A stretch of DNA of 64,000 nucleotides from Carcharhinus longimanus. Taxonomy: Eukaryota. The notes under the pieces were generated by a model that ran no database searches, was not told the DNA's origin, and saw only the letters and a program-made list of their open reading frames with translations. Positions 1 through 64,000 of this stretch are shown piece by piece. The position numbers were made by a program, and so were the translations under genes. Where the stretch lies: positions 31,632,937-31,696,936 of the forward strand of contig JASCQW010000162.1 of assembly GCA_030264375.1 (NCBI GenBank), read 5' to 3'. How positions within the stretch are numbered: position 1 is the stretch's first letter; each line of letters opens with the position of its first letter.

Positions 1-3000
1 CACATAAAAAAAATCAAATGGCCACCGCCTCCCCCCCCCCCCCCCCCGCTTAATATCCAACCCTGTTGGTAGGTGCATGTACGTGGACACTGTGCAATTT
101 GAGGATAGGATTATATTTGACTGTGATGTTCTTCACTGTTGAATGGCCTGCCAGCAATCATTCTAAGTCAAGCATAATGAGTGAACATTTGCAAGAAGCA
201 TCCTGTTGCACCTGGGAAATGCAACTCTAGGAAAGGATAGAAAATTGACAAATTTTAAGCTTTTTTAAGCTATATTCTTTCAGGAAATATTGCATAGGGT
301 CCTTGTCCTAAAAAAATGACAACTTTTTACAAAATTAGAATGAAGGTCTTTGAAATAAGATTCTGAGCAAATAATCTTTTCATGAGGGGAGTTTTTTTTT
401 AAACAGACTCTATGAAGGAAACTAGCATTTCCACTTAATTTCTGAAGTCAAACAGAATCCTACATCATCTCAATTAAATATGGCCCATTTTACTCCAACA
501 CACTCTTATTATCCCGAGTTTTCCAAATTTGTAGCCATCAGTCTGCAGGTTTCTTTGTTAAAGTGGATGGGTGAAAAGTTAAACATGCGAGCGTAGAAGT
601 ACAAACTGAATGTCGTTAACATTAATAATAAACTAAGGGCAATTTCTATAAACTGAGCAAGCTTCGGAACATTTCTTTTTAGCCAATATTACTAACTTTT
701 GAATATTTTACTTGCTGTCTTGGTTCCTTGTTAATATTTCAGGCTTTAAAAAAATGCATGCTGGAATTCGGTCCTTCATGAGCAAAGAATTATTTTAACT
801 GCATATTTCATTTTCTTTGTGTTAATAGTCAGTACAACAGCCCTTTGCAACCTGCTTTCTGTGGGAGGTTTGCGTGCTAAAGAAAATTCAGTCCTCTGGA
901 AGATAACTGCCGCTACATCTCATACTGGGTTTCCGACATGAGCAGTCTTTTATTAATAACCATTCCCTTAAATCATCAATAGCTGTTGCCAAGAGTCTTT
1001 AAAATCTACACACTTCTAAATCGTTTTAATGGAAATGCAGCCTTAACAGAAAGGGAGTGAACAAGCCTGGGCATGTTGCTTAAACGGCCGAGTTAGGGAG
1101 CACACAGTAAGGGACATAATAGCGACAGGAAAACAAATGCTGCCAGTGTAATGTAATGCAACAAACAGTAAACAGAGGCAGGAGGCCTGACGTGCTGCTC
1201 TCCACCTCCCTGATCCGATATCAAAGGAAAACTCGGTTGCCACCTTGTGCAAGAAATCCACACCGGCAGATCGTTTGAAGCCAACTTGTAATAAAAGCTT
1301 ATTTAATCACACTGCTATTGACCATAATTTATTTAATTAAAGTATACTATAGCTTTCATTTAGTGCAAACCAAGGAATCTAGAATTAAATAATGTTAAGT
1401 CAGGAGTTCAGGACAAGAAGATTTAATTCAACATCATAAGCACAGGTTATATGTTTCACAGTACAGTTTTGAAACAACTATAATGTAACGATGAACTGTT
1501 TTAAGTCTATATTTCAAAATTTAATTTTGATGAATCTCAGGCATGAATGCTCATGTCTCCTTAAAATCAAGCAGTGCTAATTGGCTGGGCTAGATTAGTT
1601 ATCATAAGCATGCAAAGAAAAATCATCCTCTGTTCAAGCTAACTGTTCCTCTTATGATGTGCACTTGAATGTCTTGTGTATTTTATGTGGGTAGCAACCA
1701 TTGCCTTGCTATGCGACTCCAACTATCACCAAGTCCAGACATGTCAACATTATCAACAAACTAAAAAGACAGTCATTGTAAGCCCAGCACCACATACAGC
1801 AGTGCAGAAACAATTATTCCCTATTGATAAGATTAGAAAGCCAAAGCCAACAACACATTGACAGTAAAGTAAAAGCGGTTTGATTTCTCCTTTCAGAATC
1901 ATTCCTAGACCTTCAGTTAGTAAGGAGGAGGTCTGAGCTTTTCTTTGTGGTTTCTTTACAGCCTGAATGAGACCCACTGCAGCAAAGTTGCCAAAATGCA
2001 GTAACATTATCAGCGCAAGAACTACAGATGCAAAAGGGGACAAGCCTGGACATGAGCGCAAACTGGCCAAACTTCCTTAAAATAGAAAAACTTCGAAAAG
2101 CTGTGCCCTTTACAACGTATTCAGGTTCTGAAACAAGAGGCCCAATTTTCAGTTTTTCCCCTCGAGCATTTCTTTACCTACTCCTTGCACTTCAGTGCAA
2201 CGTAACATTCTTCGATAGAGCAGGCCATTTTTGGATCTCACCTGTTCCAAAACCCCCGAATACAATAAATCAGTGCACTGATATGACCTCTTCCTAAAAC
2301 ACCCATCTGGAATAGATACAATGATGAAGTACATCTCTCAGAAACATTCCTAAGTGTTTCAACTATAACGAGTTACATTGAAAGAGTGACAATTGTTAGG
2401 TAACCAAATTCAACGGTCAATTTGCACACAAAAGGTTCCACAAACATCCATGAAATAAACTATCAGTTAATGCTAGGTGATGTCGCCCAAGGGAAAATAA
2501 ACTTTGGCTACAATATCAGGAGGACTCCACATTCTTAGAAACAAAACAACAGAATTTTAACATCCACCTGGAAAAGCAGGCAGTGCCTTAGTTTAAATAT
2601 CTCATCCTAGGAATAGTATTTTAAACAATGCATCATTGCCCCAGTACTGCACTCTGCCTACCAAGGTGCTCAAGTCTTGTGGTCCTCATTATTTTGTCTC
2701 AGTACTTCCTTTGTTTCTGGAAAAGTATGGAAACTTAGCACTTAACAGGTAATACTTATTGCCCATGACTGCTTAAAAGTAGAAATGTACCCTTCTACAA
2801 TTAGATAAATAAATGCAATGCAATAGATGGAGACAAAAATGAACTACATTACTTTGCTAATTCTGAATGGATTTCAGAAGGAGCTTGAAGATTGGAGGGG
2901 GTGGGCTGACGAATTAGAGCACTTCATATGCTAAGAGATTATGTCCCTTTAGTTTTGAAAATATATCCTTCAATTGACTGGAAATTTTGCAGTTTGACCT

Positions 3001-4267
3001 GAGACAGAGCAATCTGCTTAAAAATGCATAGCCACATTCCAATGTGAAGCTAAGAAATCTATAAATTACCCTCAGGGAGCGTGGAGAGGGACAACAGACT
3101 TCCATCGAAACTTGTAACGGTTTAAGGATGAGATATTAAAAGTGCAAAGTAATGGATATTAAAACAATGACTGCCACAATAGGCCCACCCAAAACCTCTT
3201 GGAACTTCAGAAAATGGATGAAATATTTCAAGAGAAGGGCAGCATCCATGTGAGAAAGATTGCATGGGACCCAGGCAATGTCAAGAAAACCTTGAAACAA
3301 ACCAAGGGCTGTTCACTCCTACCCTCTCTCTCTTTTAGAATAAGCCTGTCGCCCGAACCGAGAAGCCAATTCTACCAGAAATCTGCTCCCAAACAAAGAT
3401 CTTGGAACAATTGCAACATCTTCACATCTGACCACATTCAAGAAACCAGCTAACCTAAATCTGGCACAATGTTTTAAAATTTACACCACAAGGACAATGA
3501 AAGGACACTTAATTGTACCTTATTTCACTCTTTTTAAACTGGATTCCAACTTCCCTTTTTTCTGATAAGTGTCTGTGTACCCTAATGACTGTAAGATGGC
3601 CAAGTATTTGATGTGTTGATATTTTTTTCCTTGGGTTTAACGGTTAATAAGTTTGCTATTTCTTTGACTCAAGAAAAGCTTGTTTGATTAGTTCTGTATT
3701 ACTTGCAGCTTAAATTGTTAAATATATTCTGATTTGAAAAAAGGCCCTTCTGTTACTCTATTTCGTCTTTTAAGTGTTTAGGTAGTTACATGGGTAAGAT
3801 GGGTATTGAAGGATATGGACCAAACACAGGCAATTGGGACTAGCATGGGGTTAAAGAAGGGGCAGCATGGACAAGTTGGGCTGAAGGGCCTGTTTCCATG
3901 CCATAAACCTCTGTCTCAAAGGCATTACCTCGGTAAAAAAAATATAAAACTTTGTGACCAACCAAGGGGTTTGAATAGAGGGGAGCCAGTTCACCCTTTC
4001 TCACCTAATCACAGTACATTTTACACTGTTTAAACACAAAGTTCTGCTTATATTTTAATGAAAGTTACATTGGAACCTTACTGCAAAATGTGATGAACAT
4101 ACCAAATTGACAACATTCCCCACAATGCTAACATTTGATCTGATTAAAGACAAATGAAATCTTAAACAGTCATGTTCCCTGATGAATGCATAGCTATGAT
4201 TTATTTTACATCTTCATCAAATATGTAAACTACCATAATCACATAAAGTATCAGCTTTGAATTAGTA

Positions 4268-4710
4268 GTAGCAGTCTCACTTCTGAGTCAGGAGGTTGTG
4301 ATTTCAAGGACTATTCTGGAGACTTGAGCACATAATACCATATCGATAACTATATACTTAATAGTGTATAATACTGAGGGAGTGCTGGAGAGAGCCTATT
4401 TGCATGAGATCACTATCAAAGGCTATGTCTGCTTCCCCCGCCCCTCCCCCGAATGTATGCAAAAGGTCTCATGCACTATGAAGGAAGAACAGGGACTATA
4501 GGACTTCTGTCCAATAGTTATATCTCAACCAACATCGCTACAGATTATTTGGTGCTTATCTCAGTTGCCTGTGGGATCTTCCAGTGTGTAAACTGGCAGC
4601 TGCATTTCCCTACATTATAACAGTGACTACACTACAAAGTGCTTCAGTGACTGTAAAGAGCTTTGGAACATCTTGAGATTGTCAAAGACTCTATATAGAT
4701 ACAAGTCTTT
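4268..4710 (+). mobile_element. Ancient SacSINE1/DeuSINE-like element (related copies ~2380-2680 -, ~48015-48420 -, ~51800-51930 +)
   Basis: ctcacttctgagtcaggaggttgtg head; tgtgggatctt..aaactggcagctgcatttcc..ctgtaaagagctttgg..ctatatagatacaagtc tail. Family assignment is from memory. Confidence 0.65.
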
Positions 4711-6054
4711 TACTTTGCCTATATTAAATGCTTTGAAAACAACTGGCAGAAGCGACAAATTACATCATAGGAAAAGTAACAATGGGGGCAATGTCAGCCC
4801 ACATTCGCTGTCAGAGAGGGGAGGGTGTCGTGGGGCAGAGAGATGCCAGCATAAATCAGGGAGAGAGCAATGCCAACACTGATTTAGGGATGGGAAGCCC
4901 ATGAGACTTGTGGTGTAGTGGTGGGGTGGGTGTGGGGGGAGGGTTTATTTTTAAAGAGTGCCCCGATCTCCTTGCAGCCACTTTTAACTGTGTGTTTAGG
5001 CCCCGCTCCTCAAAATGACAGTGTGAAATACGCACCCCTATTGTTTTTTGACAAAATGCCGTGAGATCTGGACAGAAAACCTGCTTGTTTCTCTGCCAGT
5101 TTCCAATCAAATCCTGACACTTTGCTATTCTTTGATAAGATTCTGCCAACATGTTAGTGAATAAGCTACTAAAGATTGGACATTTACTTTCTGACGTATT
5201 TAAACCTTTTTTAGAAAGGAGTTTCACATTTATCACAACTTTTAAAGGTTGAGATTTGTTGCATGGACCATGTAATACAGTATTCCAAAAAATGTTCCAA
5301 ATTGCATATTTCCAGAAATATTTTCGTGAATTAATTTCCAAACATAAAAAGATTTACTTCTCAGGCTCCAGGGCTCAATTCATGACAACTATTATTGATG
5401 CTTTTTTTTTGAAAATTACAGCTTTTCTATAGGCAATAGCACACCAAATAGTTAATAAAAACACAGCTGTACTCCCTTAACAGTATGTTGAAATATCTAA
5501 ACCCACCCAAAATAACCTCATTATCAACAGGAAAAATACAGCTAACTAATTAATAATAGTTCCTGAAATTAGTAAAGCTAAGAAAACATGCCATATTCTA
5601 CTATATTGGACATAATGTTGTGCCTCAACATAATCAACAGTAATCCACTATGTTCCCCAAGTGATAAAATACTTTTCTCTTTAAATCTACAGCATAGTGA
5701 GACAGTACACAAAAGATTTATCATACTCTCTCAGTTTAATGATCTACGTCAACAGTAAAATCCCAGTCAGTGATAAGATTTATTAGTTACTAAGATGATC
5801 TTAGTGAAGCATTGGACTAACTAGCAAGGCAAAGTGTAGCAGTTTACCATCATGGCCAAAACAGATGCCGAGTAAATATCACTGATGCTCCAAGTAGCAA
5901 AAACTGGCCATGGTAATAGAGGGAACAACATTAATAATTTGTATTAGCAAAACATTCCAAGGCACTTGAGCATCATCAAACAAAATTTGACACCAAGTTG
6001 TAAAGGTGACATCAAAAGCTTGGTTAGCGAGGTAGGTTTAAGGGTGAGCAGAAG

Positions 6055-6558
6055 TCTATTACAGGAAGAATGTTATTAAACTAGAAAGAGTGCAGAAAAG
6101 ATTTACTAGGATGCTACTGAGACTTGATGGATTGAATTATAAAGGAGAAGCTGGATAGTCTAGGACTTCCCCCTGGAGCCTAGGAGGCTTAGGGGTGATC
6201 TTATAGAGGTCTATAAAATAATGATGAGCATAGATAAGGTCAACATTGTTTCCCAAAGATAGGGGAGTTTAAAACTAGAGGACATAGGTTTAAGGTGAAA
6301 GGAGAGAGATACAAAAGGGTCCAGAGAGGCAATTTTTTCACTCAGAGGACGGTGACTGGAACAAGCTGCCAGTAGTAGTAGTAGGGGTAGATACAATTTT
6401 GTCTTTTAAAAAGCATTTAGACAGTTACATGGGTAAGATGGGTATAGAGTGAAATGGGCCAAATGCAGGCAATTGGGACGAGTTTACTGGTAAAAAACCG
6501 GGCAGCACGGACGAGTTAGGCTGAAGGGCCAGTTTCCATGCTGTAAAGCTCTATGACA
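6055..6558 (+). mobile_element. CR1 LINE 3' end (subfamily shared with 3770-3915 and 59358-59638)
   Basis: LERVQKRFTRML..RGDLIEVYKIM..TRGHRFKV coding remnants and shared 3' UTR gtagttacatgggtaagatggg. Confidence 0.85.
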
Positions 6559-7269
6559 TAGGCATCCGAAAAGGGGAGAGAGAAGAAAGGAGGAGGAGCT
6601 GTAAAGAGAAANNNNNNNNNNNNNNNNNNNNNNNNNNNNNNNNNNNNNNNNNNNNNNNNNNNNNNNNNNNNNNNNNNNNNNNNNNNNNNNNNNNNNNNNN
6701 NNNNNNNNNNNGAGCTGTAAAGAGAAATGTCAGAGCTTTGTGCTTTGGCACCAAAGACACAGCCACCAACGATGGAGCAATTAAAATTGGGGATGCCTAC
6801 AATACCAGAATCAGAGGACAACCAATGTCTCTGAAAGCTAAAAAAAATTGAGATAAGAAAGGGCGAGGCAATGAAAACAAAGATGGGAGTTTTAAAAATG
6901 AGGCAATGCTTAACTGAGAGCCAATATAGATTAGCAAGCGCAGGAGGATGATTGAAAATAACAATTAACAGATGCCTAAAGAACTGTTCTATTAACTGCC
7001 CACTTCAATAATTTCAGTGGTGGTAACCAAACATGCTAAAGCATAAAGAAATTCTATAATTGGATTTTTATATATACCAATTAGATTTACTCAGGATTAG
7101 AATATCCCTTGGCAACAGAGCCAAACATTATTAATTTCATCCCAGGAAAATTATTGGTCAGTAAATTTATATGCTGACTGACCGAAATGTTCTAATTGTA
7201 ATAAATGCTGCCACTTATTGACCAGAGACAGAATTGCAGATTGCTTTCCTCAACAATGACATTGTAAAG

Positions 7270-7745
7270 CAGTGGTTCCCAATCTTTAGCACGTCATGGC
7301 ACACCTCTATGCTATTAAAACCATTTGAGGCACACCTCCTATTTTCTCTGTCTTCTTCCCTTACTAGGAATTTCATTTTTAACTTCTCTGTGTCCTTGTG
7401 CCTGTTTTCTTTTTTGTCGCTCCCTGATCTCTACCTTCTCCCAGGGTTTTTGTGCCCTTTTTGTGTTGTCGTTATTCTGTAGGTGCACAGGACCTTTGTC
7501 ATCAGCTCTACGTCCTGTTGGTTATGTGCGTGGACCTGACCAAGGTAAATAAAAATCTCAGCCAATGCACGCGCAGAGGCCCAAGATTTGTCGGGTCTTG
7601 GAGATGCCAACCACAGAGCTGAAGACAACTGCTAGTTTTACTTGCATCAATTTTCAATCATTTTGAATCTTTCTTCATGGCACGTTTTTGAGGGGTTTGT
7701 TTACAGCACACCAATGTTCCACAACATATTGGTTGGGAACCACCG
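7270..7745. mobile_element. hAT/Charlie-type MITE
   Basis: TIRs cagtggttcccaa ... ttgggaaccaccg; degenerate 8-bp TSD ttgtaaag / ttgt(t)agag. Confidence 0.7.
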
Positions 7746-8680
7746 TTGTTAGAGGCTAGTTGAGAAGATACTAAATATCTCACACTCTGCAGTTATCTTG
7801 TTATGCAACTAATGCTGCTTGCGATAAACCAAAACAATATAAAATATTATTTCATTGTAAAACAAACCAAGTCTTCCAGTAGAAACCCATACTTAAGCAT
7901 TGGCCCATGATTTTCTGACACTATTATGACACATCTAATGGTATAGCTGTTATTTATGCTCAAATGTTAAAGTAACCTCAGGCAAGGCCGGGTGAGCAGT
8001 TAAATGCTGAAATGCAAACATTGCTGTCTAAGATACTTCACAAAAACAGCATCTCACTGTCTGGGTACAGTCATTGCCACTTTACAGCAGATCATATGCC
8101 ATCAAATTATGGGAAAGCAGACAGTGATGAGTGGATATAGTTGAAGATACAACATTTTATAAACGTACATTTTTCATGAAAATAATTAAGTTAAAAAGAT
8201 ATTTATAGATGAACAAATTATTTCAACTAAACGTTAAAAGCAACAAAGACTAATGATTTACTCTAGAAGCGTTTTAGAAAGAATTTAGAACCAAATAATG
8301 CTTAACAGCAGTAATTTATTTATAACAAAAACAAATCAAAATTTAAGTTCATATTATTACCTATTTGAAACTCCTTTCTGGCAAACGTGAGTGACTTGAT
8401 TATTGCTTATACACAAGGTGCAAATACAGTATCTTGAATGAATCTACAGCTAACCTTACTAAAATAGCTAACGTAACTTATGAACTCCACTTCAATCCAA
8501 AACTCCCATGGTTGCAAGTCTGGCCATTCTCATCTTTATAATGAGCTTACAGGCAAATCAGAAGCTCCATATACCACATTGGACTTATCAGGTTCGTGAA
8601 AACATTTCAGCAGTTTGAGATCACCATGAATTAATGCAACACTATTGTCATACAGCACACAAGTATAAAGTATTACTCAC

Positions 8681-62998
<54,318 letters not shown>

Positions 62999-64000
62999 CT
63001 GTGAAAAGGCAGTAAAATGAGAAACACAAATGTAAGTCACATCTTTAACTAGTCTGCCCTGGTGCACAAATGGACTGAAAACACATGAAAATGACTATAC
63101 CACTTCATACAGCTGATCACCAAAACCTGAAATGCTGCATTTTAGTCATTTTTTACAATTGATGCAGAACAGATTTTTTCAGTGACGTGGGGTAGAAATT
63201 AGATCAGCCCATTACTCAGCATTGTCTAATGTTATTATCTTAAAAGAAAAACTATCTGCATTTGTATTTTAATAGAATTCAAGATACTAATAATTTTGTT
63301 TTATTCTACATTCCCACTCTTTCCAATATCAATATCTCCTCACTGTAGCACTACAAAACCAAAGTTGGAACATGATAATCATCTACAAGATATTCATAAA
63401 AAGCCCTCTCTAACCACACACACACACAAGAGAATGTTAGTTTGCATGATTTACCATGCCACCAGTCAGCCCATTCTCATCTGACCAATTATCTGTCACT
63501 GAACTTCAGCTATTTTGGGGCACCACTACAGTTAACCAAGAAGTCAGACATGACTGTGCATAATAGAAGCAATTTTATTCTACAATAATGAATCAGAACA
63601 CATCTAGTAAGAATAGTTTGCTCAAAGATAACATTTAATCATGGTTAAAGGGTTTCGTCCTGTTGTGAAAGCTTAACCCACAATGCACAATTTTTAAAGA
63701 TATTAATTTGAGCCATTTTAAAACCTCCATCTATTTTGCTTTCTCCAAAAAAAAGGAAATCAGCTAGAAAAGGCAAAATTTAAAGAGCTCGGCATCTACA
63801 TCTGGAATCTCTGATTCAATGTTGACTAAACAAGCAACAAATGAAATTAAGTAACAAATTGAATTTATATAGAAGCATTAATACTAAAAACAAAACATAC
63901 TATGCCACATTACAGAAGCCCAGTCAGGCAAAAGTAATTGCCAAGGAAGGAAGATATAAGGAAGGGTGACCAGAAGCTTGATCATAGAGGCTTTATGGTC

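Noticed and set aside
4856-5341. 161-aa minus-strand ORF
   Set aside because: No recognisable domain; low-complexity Pro/His end; intronic.
6596-6727. gagctgtaaagagaaa repeated on both sides of an N-gap
   Set aside because: Typical unmerged contig overlap, not a biological TSD.
1-8680. Search for the last OPA1 coding exon ([20 protein letters not shown]-like)
   Set aside because: No matching segment found on the minus strand; it probably lies beyond position 1 after a long intron.

Overview
AT-rich, repeat-dense vertebrate genomic DNA with seven N-gaps. The repeat complement (HE1-type V-SINEs, SacSINE1/DeuSINE-like SINEs, CR1, L2, RTE, Penelope-derived elements) points to a shark. The window lies inside the OPA1 gene (mitochondrial inner-membrane dynamin-like GTPase) on the minus strand. 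I traced 25 coding exons (human numbering 4b, 5, 5b, 6-27) by manual translation against my recollection of human OPA1. Exons 5b-27 match the human exon lengths and splice phases. Exons 1-4 and the last coding exon (28) were not found and probably lie outside the window. Most six-frame ORFs are spurious or transposon-derived. The most notable observations are: (1) a ~515-bp palindromic Penelope-type element ~100 nt from the exon 22 acceptor with a minimal hammerhead ribozyme in each arm, plus further hammerhead relics; (2) exon 5 requires a non-canonical GC donor and has two in-frame acceptors; (3) alternative exons 4b and 5b are present in a cartilaginous fish; (4) near-identical inverted CR1 ends bracket exons 20-21 (circRNA/skipping candidate); (5) a perfect tandem CACGTG-N6-CACGTG element; (6) a 140-bp local duplication. 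No database searches were run, so repeat family names and boundaries are approximate.
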